From positions 32,001-96,000 of the forward strand of contig CAVVKJ010000006.1 of NCBI GenBank assembly GCA_963748815.1: DNA of 64,000 bases, in the 5' to 3' direction. The stretch's first letter is position 1. Every line of letters begins with the position of its first letter. Below are positions 53,919 to 62,950 of this stretch, one piece after another. The DNA is from an uncultured Gemmatimonadales bacterium. Its GTDB lineage: Bacteria; Gemmatimonadota; Gemmatimonadetes; Gemmatimonadales; GWC2-71-9. The notes under the pieces were generated by a model. It was given only the letters and a program-made list of their open reading frames with translations. It was not told where the DNA came from and made no database searches. Position numbers and translations under genes: made by a program.

Positions 53919-55398
53919 CGCCATCCGGCGCGTGCTCGTCCTCCTGCTGCTCGGCGCCCTCGCCGGCTCGACTCCCGCGGCCGCACAGGCACTGCAGAAG
54001 CGGATCGACACCCGGCTCGGCGCGCCTCCCCTCGACCGCAGCCTCTGGGGAGTCGTGCTGATGGGCCCCGACGGGAAGCAGCTCTATGCCCGGAATGCCG
54101 ACCGGATGTTCATCCCGGCCAGCAACACCAAGCTGGTGGTGAGCGCCGTGGCCGCTGCGCTGTTTCCGCCCGACTGGACGGTTCAGACCAGCGTCTACGC
54201 CGACGGCCCGATCCGGGAAGGCGTCGTCGAGGGCGATCTGGTCCTCTACGGTCGGGGCGATCCCACGATGGGCGCCCGATGCTACGCCGTGGACACCACC
54301 GCGCCCGGTGCCTGCGACACCGACCCCTTCCAGCGGCTCCGCGAACTCGCGGGGCAACTGCGGAGCCGGGGCGTCACCACCGTCCAGGGCGACCTGATCG
54401 GCGACGGCAGCTGGTTTGACGGCGAAATCGTCAATGGCGACTGGGAGGTCTACGACCTCAACTGGTGGTACGCCGCCCCCGTCTCCGGGCTCGGGTTCAA
54501 CGACAACAGCATCGACTTCACCTACGCGCCCGGCGCCGCGATCGGTGCGCCGGCCACGATCACCTTCACCCCGGATTTCGGGACGGTGGCCTTCGAGAAC
54601 CGCACCCGGACCGTGGCCGCCGGCAGCCCAACCACCATCGACTTCTTCCGCGAGCCCGGCACCCTGCGCGTCTGGGCCGAGGGCGACGTCGCCCTCGGCT
54701 CCCGCGGCGGGAAGGAGTACTTCGCCCTCCCCGACCCCGACCTCTTCACCGCCTGGGCGCTGCGGGCCGTGCTGGCGGACAGCGGCATCGCGGTGCTCGG
54801 GACCACGCGATCGACGACCGACTCGACGGCGTACATGGCGGCGCGGCACGGCGCCGCCCTCGCCGAGGTCGCGTCGCGGCCGGTCAGCGACTGGATCTTC
54901 CCGATCCTCAACACCAGCCAGAACTGGTTTGCCGAAATGCTGCTGAAGCAGCTCGGGCGGCAGTTCGGCGGCGGGGGGTCCTGGAAGGAAGGGCTCGCCC
55001 TCGAACGGCGGTTCCTCATCGACTCGATGCGCGTCGACTCGCTCCAGTTCGCGCTGCGCGACGGCTCCGGCCTCTCCAGTTCCAACCTCGTCTCCCCCCG
55101 CGCCTTCGCGACGCTGCTGGCCTGGATGCTCGACCACCCTCGCTTCAATTCGTTCGCGGCGGGCCTGCCGCAATCGGGCCAGCGCGGGTCGCTCAAGTCA
55201 CGGTTCGTCGGCACGCCGCTCGAGGGCAGGGTGCGGGCCAAGACGGGCAGCATCAGCCGCGTGAACACCCTCTCCGGGTACATCGAGCAGCCGGGGCGCA
55301 CGCTGGTGTTCTCGGTGGAGGCGAACAACCACACCCTCGGCAGCCGGGTGATGATTCCGCAGATCGACAGCCTCGTCGTACAGATGGGCAGGAAGTAG
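53911..55398 (+). CDS. dacB: D-alanyl-D-alanine carboxypeptidase/endopeptidase (PBP4, peptidase S13)
   Basis: PASNTK, GRGDP, SQN, DGSGLS, AKTGS. Confidence 0.93.
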   Translation: MTDAIRRVLVLLLLGALAGSTPAAAQALQKRIDTRLGAPPLDRSLWGVVLMGPDGKQLYARNADRMFIPASNTKLVVSAVAAALFPPDWTVQTSVYADGPIREGVVEGDLVLYGRGDPTMGARCYAVDTTAPGACDTDPFQRLRELAGQLRSRGVTTVQGDLIGDGSWFDGEIVNGDWEVYDLNWWYAAPVSGLGFNDNSIDFTYAPGAAIGAPATITFTPDFGTVAFENRTRTVAAGSPTTIDFFREPGTLRVWAEGDVALGSRGGKEYFALPDPDLFTAWALRAVLADSGIAVLGTTRSTTDSTAYMAARHGAALAEVASRPVSDWIFPILNTSQNWFAEMLLKQLGRQFGGGGSWKEGLALERRFLIDSMRVDSLQFALRDGSGLSSSNLVSPRAFATLLAWMLDHPRFNSFAAGLPQSGQRGSLKSRFVGTPLEGRVRAKTGSISRVNTLSGYIEQPGRTLVFSVEANNHTLGSRVMIPQIDSLVVQMGRK

Positions 55399-55399
55399 C

Positions 55400-56786
55400 G
55401 TGAGCGGCTCGCCGCTGCGGGTGGCCATCGTCGGCGCCGGACCCTCCGGGTTCTACGCCGCGGACCACCTGCTGAAGCAGGAACGGCCGGTGGAAGTGGA
55501 TCTCTTCGACCGGCTGCCGACGCCGTTCGGCCTGGTCCGCGGCGGCGTCGCCCCCGACCACCCGAAGATCAAGTCCGTGACCCGGGTGTACGACAAGGTG
55601 GCCGCGCACCCCGCGTTCCGGTTCTTCGGCAACGTCACGGCGGGCCGCGACGTCACGGCCGAGGAACTTCGGCGCCACTATCACGCCGTCCTCTGGGCGG
55701 TTGGTGCGGAGTCGGACCGGACCCTCGGCATCCCCGGCGAGGAGCTTCCGGGCAGCCACACCGCCACCGAGTTCGTCGGCTGGTACAACGGACACCCCGA
55801 CTTCCAGGACCGGCGGTTCGACCTGACGCAGGAGGCGGCCGCGGTGGTGGGCGTCGGGAACGTGGCCATGGACGTGACGCGCATCCTGGCCAGCGATCCC
55901 GACGACCTCGCCACGACCGACATCACGGCCTCCGCCCTCGCCGCGCTCCGCGCCAGCCAGGTCCGGACGATCTACCTGCTGGGCCGACGCGGCCCGGCAC
56001 AGGCGGCGTTCACCAATCCGGAGCTGAAGGAGCTGGGCGAGTTGCCGCTGGCCGACGTCGTGGTGCGGGCAGCGGACCTCGAACTCGATGCCGCCACCCG
56101 CGCGTCGCTGGAGGCGGCGCCGGATAGGGAGGCCGAGAAGAACCTCAAGACCCTGCGCGAACTCCTGGAGCGCGGCGTCCAGGGTCGCCCGCGCCGGATC
56201 GAGATTCGCTTCTCCACGTCGCCGGTCCGGATCGAGGGCACCGGGCGCGTGGAGCGAATGGTGGTGGGCGCGAACCGGCTCGAGGCGGGGTCCCGCGGCG
56301 TCCAGGCGGTCGCGACAGGCGACGAGACGACGCTGCCGGTCGGGCTCGTCTTTCGTTCCGTCGGGTATCGCGCTCTCCCGGTGCCGGGAGTCCCGTTCGA
56401 CGACCGCCACGCCGTCGTCCCCAACGAGCGGGGGCGCGTGCTGGCGGCCAGCGGTGGCGCCCCGGTCCCCGGCTCCTACGTGGCGGGGTGGATCAAGCGT
56501 GGCCCGAGCGGGGTCATCGGCACCAACAAGCCCGATGCCGTGGAGACCGTGGGCTGCCTCCTCGAGGACGCCGACCGCGGTGCGCTGCCAGAGCCGGCCT
56601 CGCCGGACCGGCAGGCCGTCCTCGCGCTCCTCGAGTCGCGCGGGGTCGACGTCGTGCGGTGGAGCGACTGGCAGGACGCTCGATGCGCACGAGTGCGCGG
56701 GGGGAGCTCCCCGCGGCGCCCCGAGGGAAAAGGTCACCGACACCGGCGAGATGCTCGCCGTCATCCGGCGCGCGAGGCAAGACTGA
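55400..56786 (+). CDS. NADPH-ferredoxin reductase FprA/adrenodoxin reductase-like, +1 frameshift at ~56675
   Basis: GAGPSG, GLVRGGVAPDH, GVGNVAMD, GRRGPAQA, GWIKRGPSGVIG. The family-typical tail W..LD..E...G...PREKV lies in the next frame. Confidence 0.9.
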
Positions 56787-57331
56787 TGAAGATCTACACG
56801 AGGACCGGCGACCAGGGAGACACGGGACTCTTCGGCGGAGGACGCGTGCCGAAGGACCACGAACGCGTCGCGGCCTATGGCGACGTGGACGAACTGAACG
56901 CCGTGCTCGGCGTGGCGCGCGCCGCGGCGCCTGGCGCCGCGTTTGACCCGCTGCTGGAAACAATTCAGCGCGATCTCTTCAGCATCGGCGGCTACCTCGC
57001 GACGCCGGACCCCGCCAAGGTCGCCGCCGCGCTCGCCAAGGCGGAGCTGCCCCCGGCCCGCATCGACGAGTTCGAGCGCGCCATGGACGAGGCCGACGCC
57101 GAGCTGCCGCCGCTGCGCGCCTTCGTGTTGCCGGCCGGGACACCGCAGGCGGCCGCCCTGCACCACGCGCGGACCGTCTGCCGGCGCGCGGAGCGAAGCG
57201 TGGTGCACCTCGCGCACCGCGCGGAGGTACCTCCCCTCCTGATCACCTACCTGAACCGGCTCTCCGACCTCCTCTTCACCTTTGCCCGCCTCGCCAATCA
57301 CCGGGCCGGCGTGGCCGACAAAACCTGGTAG
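56786..57331 (+). CDS. ATP:cob(I)alamin adenosyltransferase, PduO type
   Basis: MKIYTRTGDQGDT, YGDVDELN, ARTVCRRAER, YLNRLSDLLF. Confidence 0.95.
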   Translation: MKIYTRTGDQGDTGLFGGGRVPKDHERVAAYGDVDELNAVLGVARAAAPGAAFDPLLETIQRDLFSIGGYLATPDPAKVAAALAKAELPPARIDEFERAMDEADAELPPLRAFVLPAGTPQAAALHHARTVCRRAERSVVHLAHRAEVPPLLITYLNRLSDLLFTFARLANHRAGVADKTW

Positions 57332-57333
57332 CG

Positions 57334-58425
57334 GTGCCCGACTTCACGATCCGCCACGCCCTCGGCAGCTATGTCGTGACCGTGCGGGCGGGCGTCCTGG
57401 ACGAGCTCCCCGCGCGCGTAGAGGCGCTCTGGCCAGGGCGCCCGGTGGCGGTGATCACCGACGACACCGTCGCCGCACTGCTCGCCGATCGCCTGGCCGA
57501 GGGCCCCTGGTCGCTGGTCCTCTCGGTTCCGGCCGGTGAGTCCTCGAAGAGCCGGGAGCGCTGGGAGGCGCTGACCGATGCCCTCTTCTCGGCGGGACTC
57601 ACCAGGAACGCCGCCATCGTGGCCCTCGGTGGCGGAATGGTCGGCGACCTGGCGGGCTTCGTCGCCGCCACCTACGCCCGCGGCATCCCCTTCCTGCAGG
57701 TGCCCACCACCCTCCTCGCCATGGTCGACTCGTCCGTCGGCGGGAAGACTGGCGTGGACACCCCGCTGGGAAAGAACCTCGTCGGCGCGTTCCACCCTCC
57801 GGCCGCCGTCCTCGCCGATCCGCTGGTGCTGCGCTCCCTCCCGCCACAGCAGCTCCGCTGCGGGCTGGCCGAAATGGCCAAGCACGGCATCATCGGTGAC
57901 CGCGAGTACTGGACCGAGCTGGGCGAGAAGGGGGAGCAACTGCAGGCGCGCGACCCGGAGGTGCTGACCCGGTTCATCGCGCGGAGCGTCGAATTGAAGG
58001 CCTCGGTGGTCATGGAGGATGAGCGAGAGGCCGGCCGGCGCGCCATTCTCAACGCCGGCCACACCGTGGCGCACGCAGTCGAGCATGCCTCGAACTTCGG
58101 CGTCTCCCACGGCGACGCGGTGGCGATGGGGCTGGTGGCCGAAGCACACCTTGCCGAGGCGATCGGGGTGGCGGTGCCGGGGCTGGCGGCACGGATCACG
58201 GCAGGATTGAAGCGCCTCGCGCTCCCGACTCGACTTCCGGTCGAGTTTGACGCCAACGAAATCTTCGATGCGATGCGACTCGACAAGAAGCGCTCGAAGA
58301 ACGAGCTCCGATTCGCACTTCCGCACGACCTCGGCACGATGGCGACCGACGGCGACCGCTGGACGATCGCCGTCCGCGACACGCAGGCGATTGTGCACGC
58401 CCTCCGCGCGGCCGGCGCCGCCTGA
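57334..58425 (+). CDS. aroB: 3-dehydroquinate synthase
   Basis: GESSKS, GGGMVGDLAGF, PTTLLAMVDSSVGGKT, KNLVGAF, LNAGHTVAHA, HGDAV, DKK. Confidence 0.96.
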   Translation: MPDFTIRHALGSYVVTVRAGVLDELPARVEALWPGRPVAVITDDTVAALLADRLAEGPWSLVLSVPAGESSKSRERWEALTDALFSAGLTRNAAIVALGGGMVGDLAGFVAATYARGIPFLQVPTTLLAMVDSSVGGKTGVDTPLGKNLVGAFHPPAAVLADPLVLRSLPPQQLRCGLAEMAKHGIIGDREYWTELGEKGEQLQARDPEVLTRFIARSVELKASVVMEDEREAGRRAILNAGHTVAHAVEHASNFGVSHGDAVAMGLVAEAHLAEAIGVAVPGLAARITAGLKRLALPTRLPVEFDANEIFDAMRLDKKRSKNELRFALPHDLGTMATDGDRWTIAVRDTQAIVHALRAAGAA

Positions 58426-58586
58426 ATCCACATCTGTCCACAATTGATGCACAACGCTGAATTCTGTAACTAATTGATTAACAATTAGTTACAGATACTT
58501 TTCAACTTATGTGTGTATCTCGAATCGGGGAGGAAGTGGACGGAACTCCGAAGTCGTTTCCTGATACTATTTTGTGATGTGGAAAG
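58424..58586. promoter_or_regulatory. AT-rich island with DnaA-box-like 9-mers and a perfect IHF-type palindrome
   Basis: GAATCCACA(58424), CTGTCCACA(58434), TGATGCACA(58445), reverse CTTTCCACA(58586-58578); TCTGTAACTAATTG-attaa-CAATTAGTTACAGA (58463-58495). Confidence 0.6.
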
Positions 58587-58596
58587 AAATTTTCGC

Positions 58597-58625
58597 TTGA
58601 CCAGTTTCTAGGCGTGTCCTATATT
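58597..58625 (+). promoter_or_regulatory. sigma70-type promoter of the sigma factor gene
   Basis: TTGACC-17 nt-TATATT. Confidence 0.75.
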
Positions 58626-58710
58626 CGCACACCTGATGGCTCGCCTCCCGCCGTCGGCTCCACGGACAATTCGCTCGCTCCTGCTCGCGCCACGACCCAC
58701 GGGGATCGCC

Positions 58711-59604
58711 ATGGCTCACGGTAGTGCCACCAAACCCAAAGCCCTCTTTCGCGCTGTACCGACCGGGGCCTTCGATCAATACCTCCACGACATCCAGAAG
58801 CTCCCGATGATCTCCGACCCCGCCGAGGAGAAGCGACTCGCGCGGCTGGCGCAGGGCGGCGATGCGAAGGCAGCCGAGCGGCTGGTGACGGCCAATCTCC
58901 GGTTCGTGATTTCCTACGTGAAGAAGTACCAGGGCCACGGGCTCGATCTCTCCGAACTCGTCGCCATCGGGAATGAGGGGCTGCTGAAGGCGGTCCGGAA
59001 ATTCGATCCCGACCACGGCGTCAAGTTCATCTCGTACGCCGTCTGGTGGGTGCGCCAGGCGGTCCTCAAGGCCCTCGCCGAGCAGACCCGGAGCGTCCGC
59101 ATCCCGCTCAACCAGAACTCCGCCCTCATCAAGATGTCACGCGCGGAGAGCTTTCTCGCCCAGGAGATGGGCCGCGAGCCGACCGACCGCGAGGTGGCCA
59201 CCGCGATGAACGAATCGGTGGAGAATGTCCGGCTGGCGCGCCGGATGAGTTCCGGGGAGATGTCGCTCGACGCCCCGGTGGAGCGGAGCGACCGGGGATC
59301 CAGCACCTTCGGGGACCGGTTCCCCGGCTCCGGAGGCTCCGACATCGAGGAGCACACCGACGCCCGGCTCACCCGCGAATTCATCGACCGCCTCTTTGCC
59401 CAGTATCTCACGCCACGCGAACGCAAGATCCTCTACCTCTACTACGGCCTCGAGGAGGGATCCGACGCCCTCACCCTCGAGCGCATCGGTGAACTCCTCG
59501 GCGTCACCCGCGAACGGATCCGGCAAATTCGCGAGCGCGCCTTCGAGAAGCTGCGCCAGGCCCCGGACGTGAAGGGTCTCAACGGAATGTGGGGCGCCGC
59601 CTAG
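58711..59604 (+). CDS. RNA polymerase sigma factor, RpoD/RpoS/RpoH-like, lacking region 1.1
   Basis: YLHDI, ANLRFVIS, GNEGLLKAVRKFDP, KFISYAVWWVRQ, SLDAP, TLERIG..LGVTRERIRQI. Confidence 0.95.
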   Translation: MAHGSATKPKALFRAVPTGAFDQYLHDIQKLPMISDPAEEKRLARLAQGGDAKAAERLVTANLRFVISYVKKYQGHGLDLSELVAIGNEGLLKAVRKFDPDHGVKFISYAVWWVRQAVLKALAEQTRSVRIPLNQNSALIKMSRAESFLAQEMGREPTDREVATAMNESVENVRLARRMSSGEMSLDAPVERSDRGSSTFGDRFPGSGGSDIEEHTDARLTREFIDRLFAQYLTPRERKILYLYYGLEEGSDALTLERIGELLGVTRERIRQIRERAFEKLRQAPDVKGLNGMWGAA

Positions 59605-59661
59605 CCGGTCGACCTCCCGGGGTCGCTCACCCCTGCCACCTCAATTGCGCTAGATTCCGGC

Positions 59662-60327
59662 ATGCCCTCCCGGCTTCCGCTCTTTCCGCTCGAAGTGGTG
59701 TTGTTTCCGGGAACCCCGCTCCCGCTCCACATCTTTGAGCCACGCTATCGCGCCATGCTCGCCGACTGCCTCGCAGCCGACGAGCGGTTCGGGCTGCTCC
59801 CGCCTGCCCGCGATGGCACCGCCCCGCGTTCCGGCACCGTCGGATGCGTCGCGCGCATCCGCGCCTCCCACCAGCTCCCCGACGGACGGAGCAACATCGT
59901 CGTCGTGGGCGAACGCCGGTTTCTCCTTCGCCAGACCCTCGCGACCGACGCCCCCTATCTGATCGGGCTGGTGGATACCTTCGAGGACCTCCCCGGTCCC
60001 GAGGTGCCGACCGAGGCGCTCGCCGCCCTTCGCGACGCGGCGACGAACTATCTGGGCGCCATGGAAGTGCTCGGGGGCGGGAGCGACCACGCGCCCTGGG
60101 CGGACGAGGCGGACTCGCTCTCCTTCCAGGTGGCCGCGGCGGTGGACTTCGAGGTCGAAGTGAAGCGGAGATTGCTGGAGATGCGCACCGCTTCCGAGCG
60201 CGTCGCCCTGCTGCTCGAGATGCTGCCGCCACTCGCCGCCGAGGCGGCGGTCCGGGCCCGGGTCCATTCCCGCGCCCGGACCAACGGGAAGGGCGGCCCC
60301 CACCCCGATATCGCTGTCGCGCCGTGA
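59662..60327 (+). CDS. LON peptidase substrate-binding-domain protein (stand-alone)
   Basis: LPLFPL.VVLFPG..LPLHIFEPRYRAM, VGC, DGRSNI; no ATPase or protease domain. Confidence 0.9.
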   Translation: MPSRLPLFPLEVVLFPGTPLPLHIFEPRYRAMLADCLAADERFGLLPPARDGTAPRSGTVGCVARIRASHQLPDGRSNIVVVGERRFLLRQTLATDAPYLIGLVDTFEDLPGPEVPTEALAALRDAATNYLGAMEVLGGGSDHAPWADEADSLSFQVAAAVDFEVEVKRRLLEMRTASERVALLLEMLPPLAAEAAVRARVHSRARTNGKGGPHPDIAVAP

Positions 60328-61739
60328 GCCAGGCGCTCGCCGCGGAGCTGGGGCGCATCGTGGGCGCGCGATGGGTTCGCGCCCGCCCTGCGGAACTCGC
60401 CACCTACGAAGCCGACGGCCTCCCGACCCACGCCTCCCGTCCCGCCCTCGCCGTTCTCCCCGGATCCAGACGCGAACTGATCGAGGTGATTCGCCTGCTC
60501 CACCTGGCCAGCGTGCCGTTCGTGGCGCGCGGCGCCGGCACCGGGCTGTCGGGAGGAGCGCTGGCGGGTGGCGACGCCGTCCTCGTCATCCTGACGCGCC
60601 TGAATCGCATCCTCCGCGTCGACCCGGCCCGACGCCGGGCCGTCGTCGAACCCGGCGTCGTGAACGCGCGGCTCTCCGAGGCCGCCCTGCCCCTCGGTCT
60701 CCACTACGCCCCGGATCCGTCGAGCCAGAGCGCCTGCACGCTTGGCGGGAACGTGGCCGAGAACGCCGGGGGACCGCACTGCCTCAAGTACGGCGTCACC
60801 ACCAACCACGTCGTGGCGCTCGAGGTGCTCCTCCCGGACGCCAGCGTGGTGCGGGTCGGCTCGGAGAGCGGCGAGGCCTGGGGCCCCGACCTGGTGGGCC
60901 TGTTCGTGGGCAGCGAAGGAATGTTCGGCATCGCCACCGAGATCACCCTCCGCCTCCAGCCGCTGCCGGCCTCGGTCCAGACCCTCCTCGCGGCCTTTCC
61001 CGCCATCCGCGCCGCCAGCGAGGCGGTGAGCGGCATCATCGCCGCCGGCATCGTGCCCGCCGCCATGGAGATGATGGACCAGGCGTGCGTGCGCGCGGTG
61101 GAGGCGTCCATCTACGCCGCGGGCTACCCGGTGGATGCCGCCGCCGTCCTGCTGGTCGAGCTCGACGGGTCGGCCGAGGCCGTTCGCGGGGAGGCGGCGC
61201 TGGTCGAGGCCCTGCTCCGGCGCCATCGGGCGACCGAAGTCCGCACCGCCTCCACCGAGGCCGAACGGGTGAAGCTCTGGCAGGGCCGCAAGAAGGCCTT
61301 CGGGGCGATGGGCCGGATCTCGCCCGACCTCGCGGTGCAGGACGCCGTGGTGCCCCGAAGCACCCTGCCCGACATCCTCGACCAGGTCGCGGCGATCGCC
61401 GCGCACTACCGGCTCGACGTCGCGAACGTCTTCCACGCGGGGGATGGCAACCTGCATCCGAACATCAGCTTCGACGGCGGCGACCCCGAAATGGTGGCCC
61501 GGGTGCGCGCCGCCAACCACGACATCATGCACGCCTGTCTCGCCGTCGGCGGGAGCATCACCGGCGAACACGGCGTGGGCTCCGACAAGCTGGCGTACAT
61601 GCCCGACGCATTCGACGCCGACACGCTCGGCGCCATGCGCGCCGTGCGGCAGGTCTTCGATCCAACCGCCCGGGCGAATCCGGGCAAGGTCATTCCCTAT
61701 CACGCCTGTCGCGAGTGGCGTCGGGGAGGTGCCGTATGA
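60324..61739 (+). CDS. glcD: Glycolate oxidase subunit GlcD-like FAD-linked oxidase
   Basis: RGAGTGLSGG, PDPSSQ, ENAGGPHCLKYG, GSEG, HAGDGNLHP, GEHGVG. Confidence 0.9.
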   Translation: MSQALAAELGRIVGARWVRARPAELATYEADGLPTHASRPALAVLPGSRRELIEVIRLLHLASVPFVARGAGTGLSGGALAGGDAVLVILTRLNRILRVDPARRRAVVEPGVVNARLSEAALPLGLHYAPDPSSQSACTLGGNVAENAGGPHCLKYGVTTNHVVALEVLLPDASVVRVGSESGEAWGPDLVGLFVGSEGMFGIATEITLRLQPLPASVQTLLAAFPAIRAASEAVSGIIAAGIVPAAMEMMDQACVRAVEASIYAAGYPVDAAAVLLVELDGSAEAVRGEAALVEALLRRHRATEVRTASTEAERVKLWQGRKKAFGAMGRISPDLAVQDAVVPRSTLPDILDQVAAIAAHYRLDVANVFHAGDGNLHPNISFDGGDPEMVARVRAANHDIMHACLAVGGSITGEHGVGSDKLAYMPDAFDADTLGAMRAVRQVFDPTARANPGKVIPYHACREWRRGGAV

Positions 61740-62950
61740 GTCACGACGTGTTGGATCGCCTCCGGGCGCTGCTCGGTCCCGCGGCGGTCAGCCGCGACCC
61801 CGACGGCATGCCGCGGGCGGTCCCCGACTCCACCGACGCGGTCGCCGAGACGCTCCGGCTCGCCGACGAGTCGGGGTGGCGGGTCCGCCTCGAGGGACAC
61901 GGGAGCTGGGTGCCAACCGACGCCCCGGCCGATCTCGCCCTCACGACGCGCGGCCTCGATCGCATCGTGGCGGTGCATCCCGCCGACCTCGTGGCGACGG
62001 TCGAGGCCGGGGTGGCGCTGGATGTTCTCCAGCGGCGGCTCGCCGGCGAGGGCATGTGGCTCGCGCTCGACGTTCCCGGCCGCCCCGAGCGGACCATCGG
62101 CTCGATCGTCGCCACCGGCACCGCAGGCGCGTTGCGCGCCGGGTTCGGCCCGGTGCGTGATCATGTCCTGGGCTGCACCGCCGTCACCGGCGACGGCCGA
62201 GTGGTCCGTCCCGGCGGCACCGTGGTCAAGAATGTGGCGGGATACGACCTCACCAAGCTGCAGGTGGGCGGCTTCGGTGCGTTCGGCGTGCTGACCACGC
62301 TGCACCTGCGACTCCGCGCCCGCCCGACCGCGGACGTCACGCTCGTGGCCCGCGCCCCGCGCGACCACCTGACCAGCGCGGCGCGCGACCTCTCGGACGC
62401 CGGCGTCGAACCGCAGGCGCTCGAACTGCTCTCGCCGGCCGTCTGCGCCGATTCCGAATGGATGCTCGCGGCGCGGTGCGTCGGCTCCGAGGGCGGCGTC
62501 GCTGGGGACGTCGCGCGGATCCTCGACACCGCCGACCTGGCGTGGAGCCAGCTGGACGCCGAGCGCGCGCACGCCTTCTGGCACCTGGTGACCCACGCGG
62601 GCAGCGGCGCGGCCATCACGCTCCGACTTGGCGCGCTCGCCCCCGGACTCGACGAACTGCTCGACCTCGTCAGCCAGCATCTCGACGAGGGACTCGTCTG
62701 GGCCGGCGCGGCGCAGGGGGGCATGCGCTGGGCGGGGGACGCAACCGCCGACCGGGTGCGCACGCTGCGGCACCTCGCCGCGGAGCGGGAAGTCCCCCTC
62801 ACGCTCGAGCGCGCGCCCTGGCCCCTCCGCCAGGCGGTGGGGCATTTCGGGGCGTACCGGGAAGGGGTCGGACCGCTGGTGGCGCAGCTCCGCGAGGTCT
62901 TCGATCCGACCGGCCGGCTGGTCGTCGCCATGGACGGCCTCGACCCGTGA
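61736..62950 (+). CDS. glcE: Glycolate oxidase FAD-binding subunit GlcE-like
   Basis: TIGSIVATG, VVKNVAGYDL, terminal FDP.G; sits between glcD and glcF. Confidence 0.85.
   Translation: MSHDVLDRLRALLGPAAVSRDPDGMPRAVPDSTDAVAETLRLADESGWRVRLEGHGSWVPTDAPADLALTTRGLDRIVAVHPADLVATVEAGVALDVLQRRLAGEGMWLALDVPGRPERTIGSIVATGTAGALRAGFGPVRDHVLGCTAVTGDGRVVRPGGTVVKNVAGYDLTKLQVGGFGAFGVLTTLHLRLRARPTADVTLVARAPRDHLTSAARDLSDAGVEPQALELLSPAVCADSEWMLAARCVGSEGGVAGDVARILDTADLAWSQLDAERAHAFWHLVTHAGSGAAITLRLGALAPGLDELLDLVSQHLDEGLVWAGAAQGGMRWAGDATADRVRTLRHLAAEREVPLTLERAPWPLRQAVGHFGAYREGVGPLVAQLREVFDPTGRLVVAMDGLDP

Noticed and set aside
55400..57331. 643-aa FprA-PduO fusion
   Set aside because: The family-typical FprA tail (LDAHE...PREKV) is in the shifted frame and stops at 56786, overlapping the PduO ATG.
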